This document shows positions 15,654 to 24,036 of a stretch of DNA of 27,711 nucleotides, in pieces (the first letter of the stretch is position 1; every line of letters begins with the position of its first letter). The translations under genes and the position numbers were made by a program. The notes beneath the pieces were generated by a model. That model had not been told where the DNA came from. It ran no database searches and saw nothing but the letters and a program-made list of their open reading frames with translations. This DNA is from a virus, in the UHGV virus genome UHGV-0119636; one strand, given 5' to 3'.

Positions 15654-15863
15654 CTATTTACTCCGTGATAAGAATATGTCCAATGCTTCTAGGTTAGTTA
15701 ATCCAAGAACCTCTTTTAACTTAGCCGCTTCATTTACCGTAAATGCATCAAATCCATTTAGCTTACGATAAAAAGAAGATCTGTTGATGTCGATCAGATC
15801 AGCGGTCTTAGCCACGTTCAATCCCTTTTCGACTATCTTGCCTTTTAATTTATTCGCATTCAT
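15654..15863 (-). CDS. Cro-like small HTH regulator, 69 aa
   Basis: ATG at 15863 with SD GAGAGGTGA; helix-turn-helix-like LNVAKTADLIDINRSSFYRKL; divergent from the plus-strand repressor-like gene. Confidence 0.6.
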   Translation of the reverse strand: MNANKLKGKIVEKGLNVAKTADLIDINRSSFYRKLNGFDAFTVNEAAKLKEVLGLTNLEALDIFLSRSK

Positions 15864-15908
15864 GCACATCACCTCTCGCTGTATTTGTCGCTTATCTGCA
15901 ACAACACG

Positions 15909-15938
15909 AGAATATCACCAGCTTACTTTTTCTGTCAA
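15909..15938 (-). promoter_or_regulatory. Putative sigma-A-type promoter for the Cro-like operon
   Basis: On the minus strand, TTGACA (plus 15933-15938) then 18 nt then TATTCT (plus 15909-15914). Confidence 0.4.
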
Positions 15939-15987
15939 TAACTTTTTCGCATAAAACGAAAACGATTTATTCTAGAATACAATTTAT

Positions 15988-16016
15988 TTGCATATATGCG
16001 ATTTTGTGTGTATCAT
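15988..16016 (+). promoter_or_regulatory. Putative sigma-A-type promoter for the repressor-like gene
   Basis: TTGCAT, 17-nt spacer ending TGTG, then TATCAT; overlaps the palindrome GCATATATGC. Confidence 0.45.
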
Positions 16017-16088
16017 ATGGATTGATAAGAGAAGAATAAGAAAGAGTCCTAAGACTCATCTTCGCGATAGTATAAAGGAGTTAACCGA

Positions 16089-16685
16089 ATGACAATAGGA
16101 CAAAAAATAAAAGAATTACGCAATCAACTTAATATGTCGGTGGATGATCTTGCTGTGAAACTGGGTAAGAACCGTGCGACTATCTACCGCTATGAACGAG
16201 GAGATATCGAGAACCTCCCTCTCGATGTACTAGAACCATTAGCAAATGCTCTTGAGACCACACCTGGTTATTTAATGGGATGGGAAGAAACTACGAAAAA
16301 GAAAGAGCCTTCAATTATCGATGAAGTTACCATGGGTGACGTTTTTAAAGCGTTACGTCTAGGAAGTAATTTATCGATAGAGGAATTTTCGCATGAGATT
16401 GGATTATCTGCCCAAGACATAAGCAATTATGAAGCAGGAAAGACTCCTATACCTGTAAATATAATTAATCTTGTTGCTGATTTCTTTGGCATATCAATAG
16501 CGGAAATAGTTAAGGCACACAAAAACAGCGAAAATAGAACGCCTTCTGGTTTCGAAATGAAAAAGGAACGATTTGAACGTTTTAAAGTTTGGAATAAAGA
16601 GTTTGGACGAATACATTTTACTGATGAAGAAATCAATAAAATAATGGAATATACAAGGTTCTTACTTAGCCAAAGAAGACAGTAA
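16089..16685 (+). CDS. Tandem-HTH XRE-family repressor-like regulator, 198 aa
   Basis: SD AAAGGAG; two XRE-type helix-turn-helix units (residues about 1-65 and 80-140); no peptidase S24-like C-terminus seen. Confidence 0.75.
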   Translation: MTIGQKIKELRNQLNMSVDDLAVKLGKNRATIYRYERGDIENLPLDVLEPLANALETTPGYLMGWEETTKKKEPSIIDEVTMGDVFKALRLGSNLSIEEFSHEIGLSAQDISNYEAGKTPIPVNIINLVADFFGISIAEIVKAHKNSENRTPSGFEMKKERFERFKVWNKEFGRIHFTDEEINKIMEYTRFLLSQRRQ

Positions 16686-16770
16686 GTCTACATAGGTTTA
16701 CTCTATTTAAAGGAGGTGATGCCTGAATTCAGTTCATCGTAGAATTTACATCAAAGGAAAGGTGGAACCA

Positions 16771-18348
16771 ATGACAACGTTTGATATGAACAACGCTGTA
16801 GACAATGCGTTCGGTATGGACGTATATGCTATCTATCTTCGGAAAAGTCGAGCCGATGTAGAAGCAGAAAAACTTGGAGAAGGAGAAACACTAGCAAGGC
16901 ATAGAAAGATACTAACAGAACTTGCTGCTAGAAAAGGATTGTATATCGGTAAGATTTACGAGGAAATTGTATCTGGTGAAACAATCGAAGCTAGACCTGA
17001 AATACAAAAACTGATAGAAGATTGTTATAAAGGGAAATATAGAGGAATCCTAATAGTAGAAGTTACTCGTCTATCTCGTGGTAATCAAGGAGACGCTCAA
17101 AAAATACTCGACTGTCTCAAATATTCGAATAGAAACAATGGTGTATTAGTTATCACTCCTACTAAGACTTATGACGTTGCACACAGCCAAGAAGACGAAG
17201 AATATATGGAGTTTGAATTGTTTATGTCTCGTCGAGAATATAAGATGATTCAAAAGCGTATGGATCGTGGCCGTAAACAAGCAGTCGTAGAAGGAAACTT
17301 CATGGGTAGTTACCGTCCCTATGGATATGACATCTTAAAAACCAAGACCGGACGAACACTTATACCGAATGAAGATGAAGCTCCTATCGTGAAAATGATT
17401 TACGAATGGACAGTTAACGATAATTTATCTCCTTTCAAGATAGCTGAGCGTTTAACTAATATGGGTGTTCCTACTTATTATGGTGAGAAGGATTGGTCTA
17501 AAGAAACAGTTAAAACCATTTTGACGAATCAGACATACATGGGTAAAGTTCGTTGGAATGATCGAATGACTGTTAAGACTATGGTCGACGGAGAACTTAA
17601 AGCTACACGACCTCGTTCAAATCATTCCGATCACTTCATGCTATATGATGGAAAACATATGAAACACGCACTCGTCGACGAAGAAACATTCAAAGCAGCC
17701 TCCTCTCGCTTTCATAACGATAGGACAAGATCAAATCTAAAACTTGTTAATCCTCTTGCAGGACTTCTATTTTGTAAGAAATGTGGTAAATCTATGGGTT
17801 ATCAATCATATAGACATAAGAAAAACGGACCAATGGATCGATACAATCATAGACAGTCTGCTAATGGATGCAAGGTTAAGTCAGCAGTTGCTGAGGATGT
17901 TATAAAAGCTGTTATACATGCTTTGAAACTTTATATAGAAGATTTCGAATTTAAGTTAGACAACACTCCAGATGTTGACGAAAATTCAATCAATACGCAG
18001 CTCGAAGCTTTACAAAAAGAAATACGAAAATCCGAACGAAAACTTGCTAAGCTATTCGATTCTTGGGAAGATGAGAAGATAACAGATAATGAATTTGTTC
18101 AAAGGAAAGCCGTCCATAATCAGAAGATAGAAAATATAAAGAGGCAAATGGAAGAACTCGAATATTCGATACCAGAAAGAGAAGAATATGAGGATAAAAT
18201 AATATTGCTGTCTGAAGCACTTGTCGCTATCACAGACGAATCGCTTGACGCAGATATTAAGAACGAGTATCTTAAAAGAATCATTGATAGAATAGAGTTT
18301 AGTAGAGAGAATAACTCAGAGTTTATACTAGATATAGACTTATGCTAA
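16771..18348 (+). CDS. Large serine recombinase (integrase-type), about 525 aa
   Basis: ATG at 16771 after AAAGGAAAGG (track start 16762 is GTG); N-terminal YAIYLRKSR catalytic-serine region, Cys-rich zinc-ribbon CKKCGK...C, C-terminal coiled coil. Confidence 0.8.
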   Translation: MTTFDMNNAVDNAFGMDVYAIYLRKSRADVEAEKLGEGETLARHRKILTELAARKGLYIGKIYEEIVSGETIEARPEIQKLIEDCYKGKYRGILIVEVTRLSRGNQGDAQKILDCLKYSNRNNGVLVITPTKTYDVAHSQEDEEYMEFELFMSRREYKMIQKRMDRGRKQAVVEGNFMGSYRPYGYDILKTKTGRTLIPNEDEAPIVKMIYEWTVNDNLSPFKIAERLTNMGVPTYYGEKDWSKETVKTILTNQTYMGKVRWNDRMTVKTMVDGELKATRPRSNHSDHFMLYDGKHMKHALVDEETFKAASSRFHNDRTRSNLKLVNPLAGLLFCKKCGKSMGYQSYRHKKNGPMDRYNHRQSANGCKVKSAVAEDVIKAVIHALKLYIEDFEFKLDNTPDVDENSINTQLEALQKEIRKSERKLAKLFDSWEDEKITDNEFVQRKAVHNQKIENIKRQMEELEYSIPEREEYEDKIILLSEALVAITDESLDADIKNEYLKRIIDRIEFSRENNSEFILDIDLC

Positions 18349-18408
18349 ATGGTGGCTTTGCTGCCTGTAAGACCTGCACTAAAATGGTGTAGGTAACTTT
18401 TTCCCCGA

Positions 18409-18458
18409 CATATATATCATGGTTGTGTTTCTTTTATATCGCCACCATGATATATATC
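18409..18458. repeat. Inverted repeat CATATATATCATGG / CCATGATATATATG, 22-bp spacer; candidate attP or operator
   Basis: 13 of 14 bp match; sits just after the recombinase stop and before the small paralog genes; a second inverted pair TGGTGGC/GCCACCA flanks it. Confidence 0.3.
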
Positions 18459-18504
18459 ACAGGGAAACTATTCTAAACGTTGATATATCAAGGAGGAGAT
18501 ATAC

Positions 18505-18756
18505 ATGAGAATAGTATGGAAAGACAGTGCGCCTAAAACAAAACCTTGGTTGACGTTCAAATATAGAGAACATATCGTTAGCCAATATGGAGATGGATGG
18601 ATTACCGATATACCTGGTGATAACAATATCTATTTTCCGAGAGAGTGTGCTTATAATGCAATCGATAAGTCTCTAGGTGGAAAGACACGAAAAGCTAATC
18701 CTCAAAGACATAAATTAGGAATAAAAGTTATTGGTAGAAAGGACGATGTATCATGA
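18505..18756 (+). CDS. Small protein, MRIVWKDS family, copy 1, 83 aa
   Basis: Strong SD AAGGAGGAG; stop overlaps the start of copy 2 (ATGA). Confidence 0.6.
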   Translation: MRIVWKDSAPKTKPWLTFKYREHIVSQYGDGWITDIPGDNNIYFPRECAYNAIDKSLGGKTRKANPQRHKLGIKVIGRKDDVS

Positions 18757-19004
18757 GAATCGTATGGAAAGATAGTCATAAGCCAAAAGAATATGAACCT
18801 ATGAAATATCGAAATATTTACATCTTCGGTACTCCTGAAGGATGGGAAGTAAATATAAAAGGAGATAATAATCTATACAAGACTCATTACTGTGCTATGA
18901 ATGCGATTGATGATTACTTTGGAGATTTTGGAGAACGTGGTACAGAAAAACGTAAACGATATGGAATACAAATAATAGGTAAGAAAAATGATGAGACTGC
19001 ATGA
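18753..19004 (+). CDS. Small protein, MRIVWKDS family, copy 2, 83 aa
   Basis: Shares MRIVWKDS, GW, GDNN-Y, CA-NAID and GI-IG-K-D motifs with copy 1. Confidence 0.6.
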   Translation: MRIVWKDSHKPKEYEPMKYRNIYIFGTPEGWEVNIKGDNNLYKTHYCAMNAIDDYFGDFGERGTEKRKRYGIQIIGKKNDETA

Positions 19005-19012
19005 ATCTCAAA

Positions 19013-19046
19013 AGCCACTTCCTTTTCTGGAGGTGGCATATTTTTA
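19013..19046. terminator. Bidirectional intrinsic terminator between convergent genes
   Basis: Hairpin GCCACTTCC-TTTTCT-GGAGGTGGC followed by ATATTTTTAT; lies between the plus-gene stop at 19004 and the minus-gene stop at 19053. Confidence 0.6.
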
Positions 19047-19052
19047 TCTAGG

Positions 19053-19595
19053 TTAGACATTTCTATTTTCGTATGACGTAAATTTTACATTTGTGTACTC
19101 GTTAACCAAAAAGCTACATGCTTCATTAACTGTTTTAACGACGGATTCCCCTTCTATATAACTCTGATAATTCCTTCTTTGATTTTCAAATTTAAGATCA
19201 GGTTCAACCATGGTATCTACACTTAACCATATTAGTTCCGTAGTATAGTCTTCGGTAAAATATCCTTTTATAAAAACCTCTTTCTTTCCAACCGTTCCGA
19301 TTAGTTTTATAAACGACATATCATGCTTCGTCAGATTAAACGCATATCTTATTCCTTTTACATATTGCCCGCCAAGTTTCCTCGACTTAATTGTTTCATA
19401 GTAATTATCTTTATTGTTGTTCTTTTTATGCCACTCATCCGATATACAAATCCACATTAAAAGTTCGCTTAAAGTTGCAACCATGGATATGCTATTTTGT
19501 TTGTCGCTTGTGCTTAAATATTCATGAAATCTTTTATGAGATTCTCTTAATCCATGGTTTATATACATTAGCCTAAATTCTTCGACACTATTCAT
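19053..19595 (-). CDS. Hypothetical protein, about 180 aa, accessory (moron) candidate
   Basis: ATG at 19595 after SD AGGAGGA; no peptidoglycan-hydrolase motifs recognised; own promoter region with the palindrome GGAAATTTCC upstream. Confidence 0.55.
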   Translation of the reverse strand: MNSVEEFRLMYINHGLRESHKRFHEYLSTSDKQNSISMVATLSELLMWICISDEWHKKNNNKDNYYETIKSRKLGGQYVKGIRYAFNLTKHDMSFIKLIGTVGKKEVFIKGYFTEDYTTELIWLSVDTMVEPDLKFENQRRNYQSYIEGESVVKTVNEACSFLVNEYTNVKFTSYENRNV

Positions 19596-19662
19596 TATCT
19601 GCATTCCTCCTTTTATCGTAATATTCGACCATATAGGAGAAATTTCCTTTTAACCATATGAA

Positions 19663-19700
19663 GAAAAATAAAAGGGGCTGTTTTATTCGCCCCAATTATT
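19663..19700 (-). terminator. Intrinsic terminator after the lysis operon
   Basis: Stem GGGGC/GCCCC with A-tract and T-tract on either side, immediately after the stop at 19701. Confidence 0.55.
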
Positions 19701-20009
19701 TTACATCTTGTGTGAAATCTCCTCGCAATGCTTTTCCAATGATTTGATTCGTTCTTCGTGACCCTGATTTTGAATTTTCAGCTCGTCTATTTCAGATCCA
19801 TGATTCGTAACCCGAGTCTTCAAGTTATTAATCATCTCGGTCAAGAAGTTTATAGTCGCGTTGAGTTTGATTATGTTTTCGTTTAGCTTTTCGATAGGCT
19901 CATTTTTAGAATGTTCTTCCTGAGTAATATCCTTCCTCAGTTTCATATAGAAAGCGAACACTGAGCCTATGACTGTTAAGACAATGATTATAACTTGATT
20001 CTCTGCCAT
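19701..20009 (-). CDS. Membrane-anchored coiled-coil protein, 102 aa, lysis-associated
   Basis: N-terminal helix VIIIVLTVIGSVFAFY, then a coiled-coil-like remainder; start 3 nt after the holin stop. Confidence 0.55.
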   Translation of the reverse strand: MAENQVIIIVLTVIGSVFAFYMKLRKDITQEEHSKNEPIEKLNENIIKLNATINFLTEMINNLKTRVTNHGSEIDELKIQNQGHEERIKSLEKHCEEISHKM

Positions 20010-20011
20010 AG

Positions 20012-20305
20012 TTATTTTTCCTTCGCTGTATTATTATCGTCTTTCTTACCTTCTACAAATCTACTAAATCCCTGATGTAGACCTGTAGATGCCAGACCCA
20101 TAACTGCACCATATACGATGGAATCGACAGAGATGCCGCTTACTGCCGTATTCAATGCTGCGCCGACAACAGCCAGGATGACTGGAATATCGTCGTTAGG
20201 GATACGTTTTAAAAAAGTCGCATGTTTGATGATATATCCAACCACCAGACAAGCGACCATTACTACAAGTACGAAATGTTCAGTTAAAATTTTTGCGAAA
20301 TCCAT
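20012..20305 (-). CDS. Putative holin, 97 aa
   Basis: Three hydrophobic segments (FVLVVMVACLVVGYII, IPVILAVVGAAL, IVYGAVMGLASTGL) and a charged C-terminus; placed after the tail-fibre genes. Confidence 0.5.
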   Translation of the reverse strand: MDFAKILTEHFVLVVMVACLVVGYIIKHATFLKRIPNDDIPVILAVVGAALNTAVSGISVDSIVYGAVMGLASTGLHQGFSRFVEGKKDDNNTAKEK

Positions 20306-20329
20306 TTTGAATTACCTTCCTTTCTTTTA

Positions 20330-20965
20330 CTAATTAACTTTTTCCCATCCAGCAGGATATGCCTCAGGGGAGTACACGTTGTTATCGATAAGTGAAACGT
20401 ACTTCTCGTTATTGAATGTTATCTTATCTCCCTTTTTATATGCCGTCTCAGCGTTGATCGGCTGTTTAAATTCTGGATACTCAACGTTAGGATCTGAGAT
20501 TTCAACATACAAGGACGGAGAAACATCCGGCTTCCATTCTTCAGTAGATGTGAACGGATCTGACGCGACAACCTTATAGAATTTATCCTGATAGATAAAG
20601 CGATCTCCTTTGCTATATGTAACTCCCACAACATATTCCGGATACATATATCTCATAATATAAGCATCTTTGTCAGAAGCTTGTTTAAGTGTAAGATCGA
20701 ACTGCAACTCTTCAAGTTTCTTAGTTCCTTCTTCGATAGCTGCTTCTTTTTCTTTTTCTTTCAGGATATTATTGTAATGCTCTTCGTCATAAACTAGATG
20801 GTATTTCTTATCCTCTTCGTTAAGTTTCAAAGCATAACAATGTAATTTGGAAAGATCCACAACAGTATCATCGAGAATCGCACAAATATAATTATTGCGT
20901 AATTGACGAAGAGAAATGTTAGTTATCTCTCCATTGACGTTTTCCGCTTCAACATAAACATTCAT
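20330..20965 (-). CDS. Hypothetical tail/lysis-associated protein, 211 aa
   Basis: ORF track; C-terminal repeated YSKGDRFIYQDKFYKVV / YKKGDKITFNNEKYVSL units. Confidence 0.55.
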   Translation of the reverse strand: MNVYVEAENVNGEITNISLRQLRNNYICAILDDTVVDLSKLHCYALKLNEEDKKYHLVYDEEHYNNILKEKEKEAAIEEGTKKLEELQFDLTLKQASDKDAYIMRYMYPEYVVGVTYSKGDRFIYQDKFYKVVASDPFTSTEEWKPDVSPSLYVEISDPNVEYPEFKQPINAETAYKKGDKITFNNEKYVSLIDNNVYSPEAYPAGWEKVN

Positions 20966-20981
20966 TGCTCATCACCTCCCC

Positions 20982-21317
20982 TTAAACATCAACAGCCCCC
21001 GTATAGGAAGGCTGAGTTTTTAACCAATCGTATGCATTTTGAATTAGATCGCCTATAAGTAGTTTCTGAGCCTCATCCCATTCAATGCTAAGATAATCCA
21101 TGTTGGTGTATGGAAAAGATGGCTCTCCTATGATTCTACCAGCCATATAATCCTTATCGTATTGACGACCTTCTTTATCAATGTACGATTCTACAATAAT
21201 AGTAGCTCGCTGATTAATTTCTACGTTAATGGCGGCAATATGATGATAGCTTACTACTACACCATTAGCGGTTTTAATGTTTACTTCTATAGCCAAAATA
21301 TCACTCCTAAACTCCAA
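20982..21317 (-). CDS. Small tail-fibre-associated protein, 111 aa, paralog of the 23747-24028 gene
   Basis: Shares YH-I, IN-, SYID and AY-LKT-P--GA-D motifs with the 93-aa protein; follows a fibre gene. Confidence 0.6.
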   Translation of the reverse strand: MEFRSDILAIEVNIKTANGVVVSYHHIAAINVEINQRATIIVESYIDKEGRQYDKDYMAGRIIGEPSFPYTNMDYLSIEWDEAQKLLIGDLIQNAYDWLKTQPSYTGAVDV

Positions 21318-22440
21318 TTACTTGTCTAAGAACAAACCTGTTATTGGTATAAGCAACTCCATTGTTTCCCTGTCCGGTATAGTTATTTTCAACCCCACCG
21401 GTGAGTTTGCCATCAGATATGTTCAATACTTTAACACTCGCATATCCGCAAACTTCAGACATAAGCGTGAAACACCACGGTTTTCCTGAGTATGTAGAAA
21501 CAGCGCTTTTAGGCACGAAGAAGCTATGTAATCTTGTATTAGTAGCAGACCCATTATAATAGTCAGAGAATATCAATACGATTCCATGAGGTTGATTTGA
21601 TACAGGGCTACTAAAAGTTATGGTATGAGTATTACTCGGCCATAAACTTCCGGTCCATAGTGTATTATTTGTAAACCTTTCGGTAACTGAACCTCTTACA
21701 AAGCCATTATCAGCAGTAAACGTCATAGCAGTTCTGATACTGTGAGGGGAATATGAATCTGTTGGGGTCATGAGAAAATAATTTTCGCTACTCCCATCAA
21801 CTTTTCTAGCAAACATTTTTACTGTAGGACTGACTCCTCCTCTATCCCCTTTAACGCTAACATAAGAAGCCACACCATCGTGTGACTCAAAATTTGCTAA
21901 CATATCAGCAATATCTGCTCTTAATACCACGCGATACTCTCCATCATAGCGGCTAGTGTAAATTGTTTCAGTAGTTGAGGCAGCATTAGCTTCGTATGTA
22001 ATGATTGGATCATCATCATCTTCGAAATAAACGAGAACATCGTCTGTAAATGCTTCATCGTTTTCGATGACTAAAGTACCTTTTACAGTAGATATCTTAC
22101 CTCTACCGTTATTCATGGATATTACTGTATTATCTGAATTTTTCCCGAGATCTATTAACGATTCACCAAAAGTAGCCAACTCAGTAATTCCGTTTCTCAT
22201 TTCGATGTCTGTACTACTAATAAGAATATTTCTGCCAAGAGTTGATGTTCTCTTATCAGCAACCATAAGTCCATTAGCATCGAAACCGAGGAAGTTTGTA
22301 GCGGTTTTAGCAGCTTCTACAGCCTGACCATAAGGATCAATCCAGCTACTCCATGTTGAAGTTGAAGTTCCAACACGCCAATATTCTTTTCCAGTACCTT
22401 CGACTTTGGCTGTCTGTCTCGGATATTTTTGTACGGCATA
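21307..22440 (-). CDS. Tail fibre / receptor-binding protein, C-terminal segment; frame open upstream of its first ATG
   Basis: Frame is open from the TGA at 22441-22443 to the stop at 21307; the 58 codons before the first ATG (22266) are protein-like (GTGKEYWRVGTSTSTWSSW) and match the fibre repeat module. Confidence 0.55.
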   Translation of the reverse strand, partial: YAVQKYPRQTAKVEGTGKEYWRVGTSTSTWSSWIDPYGQAVEAAKTATNFLGFDANGLMVADKRTSTLGRNILISSTDIEMRNGITELATFGESLIDLGKNSDNTVISMNNGRGKISTVKGTLVIENDEAFTDDVLVYFEDDDDPIITYEANAASTTETIYTSRYDGEYRVVLRADIADMLANFESHDGVASYVSVKGDRGGVSPTVKMFARKVDGSSENYFLMTPTDSYSPHSIRTAMTFTADNGFVRGSVTERFTNNTLWTGSLWPSNTHTITFSSPVSNQPHGIVLIFSDYYNGSATNTRLHSFFVPKSAVSTYSGKPWCFTLMSEVCGYASVKVLNISDGKLTGGVENNYTGQGNNGVAYTNNRFVLRQVIGV

Positions 22441-23726
22441 TCAGTTCGTAAATGACAGTAAGTCCCTACTCCAGACAATCCTATAGTAGAACAATACTTG
22501 AATTCGGCAACTGATGTACTAGGATAATTATTTATGTAATATAGCGGCGGGTAATTCGAATTTTTGGTATCTTTTACGTCAAGTCCGTCGCCTTTTGGTC
22601 CTTGTGGTCCAGTAGGTCCTTGTGGTCCTGTTGCGCCTGTACTACCAGTTTCTCCTCGTGGTCCAGTAGGTCCTTGTGGTCCAGTGGCTCCTGTGGCTCC
22701 GGTGTTACCAGTAATACATACACCATTAGATGATGGAGTATATGATGTAGTGTTGTCTGTGTACGTTACCAGTGTTCTTCTCCAAATATACTTTCCATCA
22801 GCCCACGTAGGTTGACTCGTACTCCATGATCCACCTGTTAATGTTGTCGGGGAATTGGATGAATAGAACTGTTCTTGTGTACTTTTTATGGTAGAACCCA
22901 GTGTTACGCTCAATCCATTAGCAGTCTGTTCTAGAGTAGAGACCTCGCCTTCCAAATCTGTTACTTTCGAACTTAAACCACTGGCAGTCTGTTCTACCGT
23001 ACTAACCCTGTTTCCAAGAGAAGTAGTTTCCTGTACATTTGCTTCTATTCTGTCAGCATTTTGATCGATACTGGATTTAGCGTTTGTTAGATCTGTAGTG
23101 AGCTTCGATACATCCGAAGTTAAGCCATCAGCAGTCTGTTCAAGCGTGCTTGTCCTGACACCTAATTCATTTGTGGCGTTCACATTTGCTGTAATACGTT
23201 CTCTTTCTATGTTCAGATCAGCTTCGTACTCCGTTCTGAGGTCATTCACGGCTTCCCATGAACTATCACAAACTGGGCTTGTGTATGCATTTGACGTTGG
23301 GTTCTTATACGTAATGAGATATCTCGTCCATAAATACATACCAGTAGACCAGGTAGGCATGGAAGTTACCCATGACCCGCCTGTCTGTGTTGTTTTGGAA
23401 GTGCTTAAATAATATTGCTGAGTGATGCTATCAATGCCAGTACCAGTAGGACCCTGAGATCCTGTTGCCCCGTCGGTTCCATTCTTAGGTATGTAAGATA
23501 CTGAATATGTTGTAGATGTATCACCCTCTGTATATGTAATGACGGTTCTGCTCCACAAATACTGTCCAGGTGATACAGAGGGGATTGTCGTACTCCATGT
23601 ACCGTTTGGAGGATTTGTGCCTGACGTACCAGCCTGATAAGTTATGACTGTGGATGTAATTCCCTTGCCGTCTATTCCGTCTATAATGTCCGAGATAGTA
23701 ACCTCGGCTTTAGCTATCACAGCCAA
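22317..23726 (-). CDS. Tail fibre protein with collagen-like Gly-X-Y repeats, 469 aa in this frame
   Basis: TTG start after SD AAAGGA; GATGATGPQGPTGPRGETGSTGATGPQGPTGPQGPKGDG; repeated LEQTA-GL and GGSW-TS-PTW modules. Confidence 0.7.
   Translation of the reverse strand: MAVIAKAEVTISDIIDGIDGKGITSTVITYQAGTSGTNPPNGTWSTTIPSVSPGQYLWSRTVITYTEGDTSTTYSVSYIPKNGTDGATGSQGPTGTGIDSITQQYYLSTSKTTQTGGSWVTSMPTWSTGMYLWTRYLITYKNPTSNAYTSPVCDSSWEAVNDLRTEYEADLNIERERITANVNATNELGVRTSTLEQTADGLTSDVSKLTTDLTNAKSSIDQNADRIEANVQETTSLGNRVSTVEQTASGLSSKVTDLEGEVSTLEQTANGLSVTLGSTIKSTQEQFYSSNSPTTLTGGSWSTSQPTWADGKYIWRRTLVTYTDNTTSYTPSSNGVCITGNTGATGATGPQGPTGPRGETGSTGATGPQGPTGPQGPKGDGLDVKDTKNSNYPPLYYINNYPSTSVAEFKYCSTIGLSGVGTYCHLRTDMPYKNIRDRQPKSKVLEKNIGVLELQLQHGVAGLILMVRL
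22585..22712 (-). repeat. Collagen-like nucleotide repeats inside the fibre gene
   Basis: ggtccttgtggtccagtaggtcc occurs twice with related units between. Confidence 0.5.
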
Positions 23727-23746
23727 ATAACATCACTGTCCTTTCT

Positions 23747-24028
23747 CTAAATATCTGTAGCTCCCTCGAATTCAGGAAGTGTTTTAAGATACTCATATGC
23801 AAGTTCAATTGTCATATTAGGACTATAATCTGTCTCATAAGTCTTGCTCTTTTTATAAGCAACAGAATCGAATGTGTCTTTTTCGTCATTCCTTGCATGT
23901 TCATCAATGTATGAGAGAACCGCTATGGAATTCTGCCGATTGATTGTCGACTGAATAAATAAGATTCTATGATAGTTTGTAGTAACGCCGTCCAGTTGTT
24001 TAATAGCTTTACATAATGCCATAATCAT
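23747..24028 (-). CDS. Small tail-fibre-associated protein, 93 aa
   Basis: Paralog of the 20982-21317 gene; follows the 594-aa gene. Confidence 0.6.
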   Translation of the reverse strand: MIMALCKAIKQLDGVTTNYHRILFIQSTINRQNSIAVLSYIDEHARNDEKDTFDSVAYKKSKTYETDYSPNMTIELAYEYLKTLPEFEGATDI

Positions 24029-24036
24029 CAGTCTCC

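Noticed and set aside
22564-22815. Plus-strand ORF with repetitive Pro/Gly-rich translation
   Set aside because: It is the antisense reading of the collagen-like Gly-X-Y repeats of the fibre gene, a repeat artefact.
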